A DNA stretch of 64,000 bases, from NCBI GenBank assembly GCA_965235115.1, contig OZ249436.1:31374001-31438000 (forward strand). The letters run 5' to 3'. A program made the translations under genes and the position numbers. This document shows, piece after piece, positions 14,101 through 24,113 of the stretch. Every line of letters begins with the position of its first letter. Position 1 is the first letter of the stretch. The notes under the pieces were generated by a model. That model did no database searches, was not told the DNA's origin, and saw only the letters and a list, made by a program, of their open reading frames with translations. Source of the DNA: Laetmonice hystrix. Its lineage: Eukaryota.

Positions 14101-17100
14101 TGAGTCCGGAGGAGGTAAGTTATTGCTGGGTGGGGGAGGCTGAGTCCGGAGGAGGTAAGTTATTGCTGGGTGGGGGAGGCCGAGTGTGAGTCCGGAGGAG
14201 GTAAGTTATTGCTGGGTGGGGGAGGCTGAGTGTGAGTCCGGAGGAGGTAAGTTATTGCTGGGTGGGGGAGGCTCAGTGTGAGTCCGGAGGAGGTAAGTTA
14301 TTGCTGGGTGGGGAGGCTGAGTGTGAGTCAGGAGGAGGTAAGTTATTGATGGGTGGGGGAGGCTGAATGTGAGTCCGGAGGAGGTAAGTTATTGCTGGGT
14401 GGGGGAGGCTGAGTGTGAGTCCGGAGGAGGTAAGTTATTGCTGGGTGGGGGAGGCTGAGTGTGAGTCCGGAGGAGGTAAGTTATTGCTGGGTGGGGGAGG
14501 CTGAGTGTGAGTCCGGGGAGGTAAGTTATTGCTGGGTGGGGGAGGCTGAATGTGAGTCCGGAGGAGGTAAGTTATTGCTGGGTGGGGGAGGCCGAGTGTG
14601 AGTCAGGAGGAGGTAAGTTATTGCTGGGTGGGGGAGGCTGAGTGTGAGTCCGGGGGAGGTAAGTTATTGCTGGGTGGGGGAGGCTGAGTGTGAGTCCGGG
14701 GGAGGTAAGTTATTGCTGGGTGGGGGAGGCTGAGTCCGGAGGAGGTAAGTTATTGCTGGGTGGGGGAGGCTGAGTGTGAGTCCGGGGGAGGTAAGTTATT
14801 GCTGGGTGGGGGAGGCTGAGTGTGAGTCCGGGGGAGGTAAGTTATTGCTGGGTGGGGGAGGCTGAGTGTGAGTCCGGAGGAGGTAAGTTATTGCTGGGTG
14901 GGGGAGGCTGAGTGTGAGTCCGGAGGAGGTAAGTTATTGATGGGTGGGGAAGGCTGAGTGTGAGTCCGAAGGAGGTAAGTTATTGCTGGGTGGGGGAGGC
15001 TAAGTGTGAGTCCGGGGGATGTAAGTTATTGCTGGGTGGGGGAGGCTCAGTGTGAGTCCGGAGGAGGTAAGTTATTGCTGGGTGGGGAGGCTGAGTGTGA
15101 GTCCGGAGGAGGTAAGTTATTGCTGGGTGGGGGAGGCTGAGTGTGAGTCAGGAGGAGGTAAGTTATTGCTGGGTGGGGGAGGCTGAATGTGAGTCCGGAG
15201 GAGGTAAGTTATTGCTGGGTGGGGGAGGCTGAGTGTGAGTCAGGAGAAGGTAAGTTATTGCTGGGTGGGGGAGGCTGAGTGTGAGTCCGGAGGAGGTAAG
15301 TTATTGCTGGGTGGGGGAGGCCGAGTGTGAGTCCGGAGGAGGTAAGTTATTGCTGGGTGGGGGAGGCTGAGTGTGAGTCCGGAGGAGGTAAGTTATTGCT
15401 GGGTGGGGAGGCTGAGTGTGAGTCAGGAGGAGGTAAGTTATTGCTGGGTGGGGAGGCTGAGTGTGAGTCAGGAGGAGGTAAGTTATTGCTGGGTGGGGGA
15501 GGCTGAGTGTGAGTCAGGAGGAGGTAAGTTATTGATGGGGGGGGGAGGCTGAATGTGAGTCCGGAGGAGGTAAGTTATTGCTGGGTGGGGGAGGCTGAGT
15601 GTGAGTCCGGAGGAGGTAAGTTATTGCTGGGTGGGGGAGGCTGAGTGTGAGTCCGGAGGAGGTAAGTTATTGCTGGGTGGGGGAGGCTGAGTGTGAGTCC
15701 GGAGGAGGTAAGTTATTGCTGGGTGGGGGAGGCTGAATGTGAGTCCGGAGGAGGTAAGTTATTGCTGGGTGGGGGAGGCTCAGTGTGAGTCCGGAGCAGG
15801 TAAGTTATTGCTGGGTGGGGGAGGCTGAGTGTGAGTCCGGAGGAGGTAAGTTATTGCTGGGTGGGGGAGGCTGAGTGTGAGTCCGGGGAGGTAAGTTATT
15901 GCTGGGTGGGGGAGGCTGAATGTGAGTCCGGAGGAGGTAAGTTATTGCTGGGTGGGGGAGGCCGATTGTGAGTCTGGAGGAGGTAAGTTATTGCTGGGTG
16001 GGGGAGGCTGAGTGTGAGTCTGGAGGAGGTAAGTTATTGCTGGGTGGGGGAGGCTGAGTTTGAGTCCGGGGGAGGTAAGTTATTGCTGGGTGGGGGAGGC
16101 TGAGTGTGAGTCCGGGGGAGGTAAGTTATTGCTGGGTGGGGGAGGCTGAGTGTGAGTCCGGGGGAGGTAAGTTATTGCTGGGTGGGGGAGGCTGAGTCCG
16201 GAGGAGGTAAGTTATTGCTGGGTGGGGGAGGCTGAGTGTGAGTCCGGGGGAGGTAAGTTATTGCTGGGTGGGGGAGGCTGAGTGTGAGTCCGGGGGAGGT
16301 AAGTTATTGCTGGGTGGGGGAGGCTGAGTGTGAGTCCGGAGGAGGTAAGTTATTGCTGGGTGGGGGAGGCTGAGTGTGAGTCCGGGGAGGTAAGTTATTG
16401 CTGGGTGGGGGAGGCTGAGTGTGAGTCCGGAGGAGGTAAGTTATTGCTGGGTGGGGGAGGCTGAGTGTGAGTCCGGGGGAGGTAAGTTATTGCTGGGTGG
16501 GGAAGGCTGAGTGTGAGTCTAGCGACTCACCTCGCTGTTGTTGCCCTGGTGTTCGTCCGGTGTGTTAGTGAAGAGCTCGTGGAAGAACTGAGAGCAGGTT
16601 GCTAACAGGGTTCGGTGGGCTCGCATCTGGTGGTTCCCGACCACGATTGTCACGTCACATAATAAGTTGCGTTGTCGGAGTTCCTGCACAGAAAATAATA
16701 TATACCTGACCAATCTATATTTTTAATCATAATTGAAGTAAACTTTATTGATTTATTAGGGAATGACATTGGGATTCATTAATACTCATCATTACCATAA
16801 TACAAAGCCTGAAAGTCCTGGCGGTGGCGGGTCCAGGGGGAAGGCAAAGGGGGCTCGATAAAATTAACCCCCTAAAATCGGGATGATATGTTATGGCCTA
16901 GATAGCTCCTTTTTCCTTTTCTTATTATGCAAACCACATTTTTACATTCTTCCTGTAGGGTGTAATATGAAAGGAATAATAATGGGTAAGTAGATATGAA
17001 TAATCCAACGTGAGTATGGTAGACAGAACCATAATATTATGGTTACATAATATTATAGGTACAGCGGCATAAACATATGACATTGACACATACTCTTGAT

Positions 17101-17728
17101 TAGGGAATAAATATATATCGGCAAGCTAGTAATGCGGGAAAATACATAGACCTGTGTCACTGTGTTAGGAGATTATTAAATGTTTTACCGCAGCTTTAAA
17201 ACATTTTCAAGTGGGGATTGTTTGGGTATGGCTTCATAGGGTGTTCCATAACTGAACACCACGGTATAAAAGACTTTTAATGTTTATCTTTCACACCTTG
17301 GTCGACTAAAAAACTAATCTTATTATTATCACTACGCAATTTTCTTATGAATATTTTCGTACGATCTCGTCATATTCGGCCGATTACCGCTAATGAATTA
17401 TCATCCGATTTGGGCGCTCCCACTCTACGATTCGGCGGAAATTTCGGTCATTATGATTAGATATGGCGGGGATTTATACAATGCCAGAGATTTTAGGCAT
17501 TGTCGAGGAGAGAAGAGTAAGTAAGTAAGTAAGTAATTGGTGTTTAACGCCCAGTCAGCAGTATTTTAGCTATTTCAGGGCGAGAACAAGGTAACATGAG
17601 ATTATGGGGGGGATGCCCTACTCTTGAGGAGAGAAGAAGGAAGAAGCGACTGGCTATTGTTGTTGCAATGTTTGGGATTTTTTGGTGAAGAAGAAGAAGA
17701 AGAAGAAGAAGAAGAAGAAGAAGAAGAA

Positions 17729-17775
<47 letters not shown>

Positions 17776-18429
17776 AGAAGAAGATTTAGCTATCTCGTTA
17801 TTACCAGTGACGTAGCCAGAAATTAGTGAAAGGGGGGCGTAAAGGGGGGCGTAATTTTTTTTAAGGAAAATCTGACAAGCAAAAAAAAAAGAAAGAAAAA
17901 GGTCTTCAACAATGCAAAAAAAGAAAAAAGAAAAAAAGAAGCCAAACAGGGGGGCGTACGTCGTACATACAACTTAGTATGTCGTTATTACGACATAACT
18001 ATCTCGTTATTACGACTTGGTATATCGTTATTATGACTTAGGCCTAGTATGTCGTTATTAGGCCTACGACTGAGTACACTCAGTAGTAGAACGCTGTTCC
18101 TGATGAACATTATTGCAGCTAGGCCGATCACTAACCTCCAAGCCACGAAGCGTGTTTTGTGCATGGTTTTCTAGAGGTTTCAGCTCGTAACTGTCCAGGG
18201 CCAAGCTGGCAGACCCATCCCGAGCTGACTCATGCTCTTCATTCTTTTGCCCGGCCCGGTCTGCCCCTGACGGTCTCAGTGACTTCCCCTGACCCGATAC
18301 CGGGGTCGGCAGTTGGCTGGTCACTCTTTTGGTCACCCTTGACTTCACCTTGGTGTTGGACATGGTATTCCTTCGGGACATGTTCTGTCCTATTCCGGGC
18401 CCTTTTTCAGTTTTAATCATCGCCTTCAT
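1060..18429 (-). CDS. Kelch-like (BTB-BACK-[Kelch]) protein, 5' part; the Kelch-repeat exons are expected beyond the left edge
   Basis: Five phase-0 exons with GT donors: 18136-18429 (MKAMIK...HAQNTLRGLE), 16531-16683 (ELRQRNLLCDVTIVVGNHQMRAHRTLLATCSQFFHELF, BTB), 4640-4711 (VRLQGISASTAEALLNSMYTGEIK), 2743-3018 (VSEANVRELLAAAASLKY...NCLRMLNLAFTYSL, BTB/BACK) and 1060-1299/1302 (APSELDIFRRAISWIEFD...IRLPLL...EALHYHCLPSRQSLLQ). The BACK C-terminus resembles the KLHL9/13/26 group; exact orthology is not determined. The start codon is uncertain (18429 or 18420). Confidence 0.9.
4040..4603. mobile_element. MITE-like element with terminal and subterminal inverted repeats
   Basis: Ends ccggtgtcac...tgacccc / ggggtca...atcacaccgg. 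Repeated palindromic gtggtaaattgacccccgggtcacttt blocks at both ends. Internal degenerate (taaccc)-like tract near 4272-4301. Confidence 0.7.
4833..4887. repeat. (CAA)n microsatellite
   Basis: Direct reading. Confidence 0.95.
5008..5313. repeat. (CT)n/(CTGT)n compound microsatellite
   Basis: Direct reading; a (GA)-rich tract also lies at about 3660-3726. Confidence 0.95.
6353..16519. repeat. ~10.2 kb G-rich minisatellite, 46-bp unit (45- and 40-bp variants), roughly 220-230 copies, in KLHL intron 2
   Basis: Unit gctgagtgtgagtccggaggaggtaagttattgctgggtgggggag. Contains a near-identical 4106-bp higher-order duplication. Confidence 0.98.
17516..17591 (-). mobile_element. SINE 3'-end fragment with (TTAC)n tail
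   Basis: The minus strand reads ...ctgactgggcgttaaacaccaat(tact)n, resembling the GGCGTTAAAC plus short-tandem tail of invertebrate tRNA-derived SINEs. Confidence 0.5.
17688..17783. repeat. (GAA)n microsatellite
   Basis: About 32 triplets. Confidence 0.97.
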
Positions 18430-18560
18430 CGGCGAAAATCCTACCGTATTCAAACATGGTAGGAGTTTTCAATAGAAGGGGTCTGATACGGGGTGCATCG
18501 TGTGGCCTTGTATTCTGCTGGCGCCATAACAACGTTAACAAACGACAGTGTCAGTAATTG

Positions 18561-18957
18561 TGACGTCAGACCATCGTTTTTGATTGGAGAATGAACGAAT
18601 AGAAGTGGGATATTGTGACGTTTCCACATTTTTCATTGTGACGTCAGGATCAAGGTGGGACCGCCAGACTTGAAAACGTGCATACAAGACCGTGATACAA
18701 GCAAGAATCGGTGGACAAGTCATGTCTCTCAGTCAATTCCCAGATTCCAATTGTTAAATAGATTTCTAGTCTTGGCTATGGTCAGGTTTTGTTCTCGGAA
18801 AGTTATTCCTGCAGGTATGAAACAGACCTTTAATACAAGTATAATGATTTGACCTATTTTACTATGGTGACGTCATATCAATTGTCTTACTCCTTCTGTG
18901 ACGTTAAAACAGCGTTACATCATAGATGTGTACTGAGACACGTCTATGGTTACGTCA
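18561..18957. promoter_or_regulatory. CRE/ATF site cluster and CCAAT box upstream of the KLHL start
   Basis: Full TGACGTCA at 18561, 18639 and 18868; half or variant sites at 18616, 18899 and 18950; ATTGG (CCAAT on minus) at 18583. Confidence 0.6.
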
Positions 18958-20308
18958 ATTAGATTGTTGGGTAACCTAATAAACAGTTTCCCTGCCTACC
19001 AGTGCTGGAAAATGCATTTAGATTAATAACTGTTAACGTATGAGAAGTGAGCGCCAGAGAGGGTCGAATTTATAGCATAATGTCCAGGGCCGTAGCCTGA
19101 AGGGGGTCAAGGGGGTCAACTGCCCCCCTAAAAATTCCAGTCTTGAGATTGGTAAAATGACGAACTAAAAACCGGGCTGTGCGTTTGACTAAGCCCGAAA
19201 GTCGTCTTTGAACTGGTCGCTGAGCCAAAGAGGTCTTTGCGGCGACGGGTGTTTCAGTTAAGTCAGGATGGACAGGACAACCATCTTTTAGACAAATTCA
19301 TCGTTATATCTTTGTCACGTATCTCACCCGACCTGTTTGAACTTTCTCTTCTCTCCGTGTCCTGAAGGATCTACTGACCATAACCCCCCGCCACACCGCC
19401 ACCCAAAATGCAACATAGCCTACTTTAAAGGAACTCCTTTTATTTTCAACCGTTTGGCTAATTCTATTGGGCAATAAATGGGCACGAGTGGTTGTTTTCT
19501 ATTGACCTTCCGTGTGAAGGCCAGTTTTACCGTCGCCAGCGCGAGTCTGAGGTGTTCAGCTGGGGCAAGCTTCTAAAGGCATTGACTTCTGCCGTTCTGC
19601 AAGAGATTGATTAAAAAATATGGCATTTCGTAAAAAAAAGTTAGGTGATCCTTTCTTTCATGGGATTTAGTAGGGTTGAAACGATACACTTGTGCCACGA
19701 TAAGTTACGTATCACGATACAACAAACGATACGATATCTCACGATAGTTTTCCAGTTGTATAGTATACTTGATTTATGCTTAGACTGCCACAGAGAATCG
19801 GGACTCGGAAGCTTGGGTCAAAATAGGCTACTGTGTAATGTATTGTGAGCTATTCCAGCGAACGATTGCACCTGAGGAATCAAGTTCTGGGACTAGAGTG
19901 TCTCAGGACACATTTTATTATCATTTGTATCGAGCTGAGAGTAACTGAAAATTCAGAGTACTAAAAAAAGGGGAACTGATCCTGGAGACTTGGTCCAAGT
20001 CCCATACCGTTCGAAGATCTGGCGTCTGGAGAACACACGATAGCCCATTGAGAGTCAACTGATTTGGAACCTTGCCGCAGATTGAGCCCACTGACGGGGT
20101 ATGGGTTGTATTGCTACATCCCTTTAGAAGAGTTGTGTCACACTTATCGCCGAGTTACACCCTCACCTCTCCAACTGGACACATACCAACCGAGCCGAAC
20201 TCTTCGTACTGTCAGGTTTTCAACAGCGTCTGTTTCCAGACTACGACCGAACGTGGAGACCGGCGCCTCGCTGTTCCCTACATTACTAGAGTGGTGGTAA
20301 TTGCTTTA

Positions 20309-21191
20309 TATCGGGTGGATAAAAAAAAACGCCCCGAACTTTAAACTTCAATATTTCAAAAAGTAATAATTGTAATTCAATGAAATTTTTCTTCATATAA
20401 CTTCATGATGTTATCTCTTAGTTGCCTTCATGATGTTATCTCTTAGTTGGTAATGTTACAAGTCAATAGCTTGGATAATATTTCCGTGGGGCTAAAAACA
20501 AAAATCATTGTACAAAAGCGCAATGCCGTGCTAAAGCGACGTGTAGTTGCACCCAGAGTGCCTGGCCTCACACTCGAGTAGGTGGTCAATCGGTCCCCCG
20601 TTTTCACTTCGTACTGCTCTCAGTCTCTTTTTCCATGATCCAATGCACTTCCTGATCTCTGATAGGGAAATATCTTCCCAACATTGGGAAATATGCAACG
20701 TTCTGAATGTGTTGCTAAACGTGATAATGATACGATTTCCCTTGAACTTCTGGTTACAGTCATATCGTCCTAATGTTGCAGTTTCTCTGTAGGGTTTGGC
20801 ACATTAAGCATCTGTTTTTCTGTAGAAGTACTAGGAATAGCACATAATTTATTATATCTAGTGGTCCACAACATTATACATATCGTAAAACATGCAAAAA
20901 CTAAATACTGAAAATGTTTTTACCCAAGGTACAACGCGGTGCATCAAACTGGTATCAAACTGGACACCTGACAGCTGCATGATATTTGACCTAATTCCGG
21001 TATGGCGTTTTTAGACACTGATTTTAGTTTTTAGCGCCACGGGATTAATATCGAAACTATTGAGCTGAAACTTTAACATACCAGAGATAATATCATGAAG
21101 TGATATTAAGAGAAATTTTATTGAATTATAATGCATAGTTTTTGAAATATTAAAGTTTAAAGTTCGGGGCGTTTTTTTTATCCACCCGATA
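20309..21191 (-). mobile_element. Internally deleted Tc1/mariner-superfamily DNA transposon
   Basis: Long imperfect TIRs (tatcgggtggataaaaaaaaacgccccgaactttaaact... / ...agtttaaagttcggggcgtttttttatccacccgata) flanked by TA. Minus-strand remnant at about 20565-20686 translates QCWEDISLSEIRKCIGSWKKRLRAVRSENGGPIDHLL, a typical Tc1/mariner transposase C-terminus. Confidence 0.85.
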
Positions 21192-21706
21192 TATCTAACG
21201 TTATGCTAGGATAAAAACAGAGTTCTGGCAAAATTAGAAGTATTCAAGTACTACAAGTCTTAGGTAAAGATTAAAAGCAAATTTTGATTGACATTTTACG
21301 TCTGTAAAATTTGTTTTAGTGAACATAAACAGATACATTTGTGTATTTTGAAAACCACCCAGCAAAATTGCGACGTGAGCGCCCTCTCTAATCACGTGAG
21401 CATGTCTTGATACCTATTTGATATGCAAATAAGAGTGCCAGTCGCAGGGACAGACTATTATTAGACGCTCTATTGTTTGGGCCTGCATGAAACATCGAGC
21501 AGGCCTATGTGGATCTATACGTATATTTAGCCATCAGGTGTGAAGCTTCCTTTTAGGAAAGTATGGGCACAGTGAAATACCTGCAACCACCATGAGCTGC
21601 AACGCCATGCTACAGGGTCGGGTACATACTCTCCCACCCAAAAGAAATTAAAAGAAAAGTTCATTTCCCTACATTCTGTGAACACCAATGTCGAACTATC
21701 ACATGT

Positions 21707-21887
21707 GGCCGTAGCCTGCGGGGAGGGGGGGGGGCAAGGGGGGCAACTGCCCCCTGGGATTTCCATTTTTTGTAACCCAGACTCCCAGCTCGACTGGCGC
21801 AATGACGCGCTGTCACGCGTTAGGCCTATCTGGTTAATGTTCATAGGACACTGCCCCCCTGGGATTTTTGGGCAGGCTACGGCCCTG
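21707..21887. mobile_element. Short hAT-like MITE (left terminus eroded)
   Basis: TIR core ggccgtagcctgc / gcaggctacggccctg; related left ends at about 19085 and 28465. Confidence 0.6.
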
Positions 21888-22658
21888 ATGTCTTCATGCG
21901 AAAAGACTCTTAGTTGTTATTTGAAGAAGCAGTCAGTTTTGCTTTTAGTTTATTAATTTGACCCGCGTGTTATAAACTCGCTACTCTCCACGGCATTGGT
22001 CCACTGTCGAAACGAGCACTTTGTCTTCAATATTATTATTTTCTTTAAATCAAACAGACAACAAAAACTGGGGCACAGGCGTCGAAGATCGTTCATGATA
22101 GACGTTCGTGAGTTATATTCATAACTGTTTTTCGACTGGTTTTCAATATGGGCGTGCTAAGGGGACCCGGATCATGTTTCCTAAGAAAAAACATGAAACA
22201 TTGAATTGCCTTTTAGACTGAAAATATGGGTATAGCCTGGAAAATGTACATTTTATTAAATAATTGTGTAAAGACATTCTTGATATTGGTGGTGGTAGTG
22301 GGGAGATAAACCTTTGCCTGGCTTCCGGAAAACTTCCAAAGGAAAGAAAAGCGTAGGCTATGAGGATTACCTTTTTTATTGTAAGGAACCAAGTGATATA
22401 AGTTAGTTGGCTTCTGAACATGGTTTTATAGTGAACTGCACATAATATAAATAAATAATTATAAATTAATCCCTCTCCCTCTTTCTGTCCATCGATATCC
22501 TTCTTGCTGGCTGGATCTGGATCTCTCATCGCTAATAACACCAATTGTCACCGTGACTAAGCAACAATACTGTCGCCATGTCCATTTCGTGTTAAAGTCT
22601 AGCCTACTTTGGTACTAAGCCCATGCACGACGCCAGCAGTGCTGAACTATAAAGTTAT

Positions 22659-24113
22659 TTACAGGAATCTCCTGGTACATTCACAACAGAAGGAGAGGGC
22701 CCGTTCCTCAAAGATCCACTCCTGTTCGTACCGCAGCAGTTTGCGAGTGAAGCCCTTGCCACCGGTACCGTCCTCCGTGAGGGTGGCGCTGTAGACGGGC
22801 GTGCAGCGGTCGCCAACCCGTCTCAACACTTTCACCGTGAACGCCTTCTCACGGCACTCGTAGAAGTCGTTGTAACATCGGTTCTGTACACACCTCGCCC
22901 GGCGGATGTACCTTGGGTAGTGATCGGATCCTAAGTCCTCCCACACCAACTCCGATCGGCACTGCCAAGGCTCGTCCGCCGGCGTGTTGCTGGACAGCGC
23001 CGCTCGCTTCTTTCTCTGGAGAAACTCAGTGGACTGGGGCGCTGCTCCCAACGCAGGTCGCTTCGAATCTCTTTTCGCTGAAAGGCGTCGGAGAAAAATG
23101 AGCAACCCGCTGTACTCGTCTTGGATGATGTCGTCGATGTCACCAACGGCGTTGACCTCCTCAGGGAGATCTTGGCGGAAGTGTTCGAGGACAGCGAAGT
23201 CTGGCCTGTTCCCATGACCCCTGTCGATTCCTATGACAACGGATGCTGGTCTCAACGGCTGGTCGCCTAGGGCAATCTCTTCACGCTTGGAGCTCAAGGA
23301 AACAGCGGAGAATAGCCCATCCGACTTCTTCTTTGGTTCTTTCACTGGGATGGCGATTACGTCATGTTCTTTAGGGATTTTCTTGAGATCGTCATCCACA
23401 TCGAGAATTCTAACTATCTCTTCGCCCTCCTTGTCTGGTAAAGAAGATCTTTTTAACTGTTCCTTGTGCTTGCTGCTTTTCTTCGTGTCTTTCTCGCGTT
23501 TCGCTGCTCCAGCTCCTGCGTCAGAATCTGTCCTGGGAGCGTCCCCCATCATCCCGGCTCCTTTCTTGTAACCCTTTCCGAAGTGACTCGCCGGGACGCC
23601 TTCACCGAAGAATGCCTGTGGTCGCAGTCCCTCCGGCCGTTCGATAGACATGTAGCGGGCGTTGAAGGCTGGACCCAGGAGATGACGGAGTCGAGTCGGA
23701 GGTACGGGTTGGCAGTCCATGTACACCCGCCTCTGGTCCGGGCCGGGGGCCAAGTCTCCCCGGGACCCCCTGTGTCCATGACGGCGCGAGTGATGACCAC
23801 TCAAGGAACCTTCTAACGTCGGCAAACTTGAACCGGCCCGGTCTAAGCTGGGAAACGTTTCTGGAGAGCCCTGTAAGCCCAATGGCGATCCTTTCGCGAC
23901 CAACTCCCTGTTGTCTAAGCTTGTAAGAGACGCCGTGCCTCCCATGATGCCGTCCAAACCCCTGGATGGTATGGACGCTGAGTCCAAACCCTGGTCGGAC
24001 ATCAGCCCTCCTGCAGACTGGAGAGCGAGGGGTGCAGGAGTAACAGGCAGTCCCACGTAGCTCACCGATATTAAAAGTCTGAATAGCACGTGCGCATGTG
24101 CAGTGATTTCCAT
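22659..24113 (-). CDS. trk: Trunk/PTTH-family (Noggin-like) cystine-knot secreted ligand precursor, 484 aa, single coding exon
   Basis: Hydrophobic N-terminus (probable signal peptide). Motif C...LLGPAFNARYMS as in Trunk/Noggin-like prodomains. Furin site RKKR followed by a 114-aa C-terminal domain with 8 Cys: PWQC..VWEDLG.DHYPRYIR..RC....CY..FYEC..KAFTVKVLRR...C...WIFEERALSFCCEC, the Trunk pattern. Confidence 0.85.
   Translation of the reverse strand: MEITAHAHVLFRLLISVSYVGLPVTPAPLALQSAGGLMSDQGLDSASIPSRGLDGIMGGTASLTSLDNRELVAKGSPLGLQGSPETFPSLDRAGSSLPTLEGSLSGHHSRRHGHRGSRGDLAPGPDQRRVYMDCQPVPPTRLRHLLGPAFNARYMSIERPEGLRPQAFFGEGVPASHFGKGYKKGAGMMGDAPRTDSDAGAGAAKREKDTKKSSKHKEQLKRSSLPDKEGEEIVRILDVDDDLKKIPKEHDVIAIPVKEPKKKSDGLFSAVSLSSKREEIALGDQPLRPASVVIGIDRGHGNRPDFAVLEHFRQDLPEEVNAVGDIDDIIQDEYSGLLIFLRRLSAKRDSKRPALGAAPQSTEFLQRKKRAALSSNTPADEPWQCRSELVWEDLGSDHYPRYIRRARCVQNRCYNDFYECREKAFTVKVLRRVGDRCTPVYSATLTEDGTGGKGFTRKLLRYEQEWIFEERALSFCCECTRRFL

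Noticed and set aside
17624..17815. Poly-Glu ORF
   Set aside because: Translation of the (GAA)n microsatellite in KLHL intron 1.
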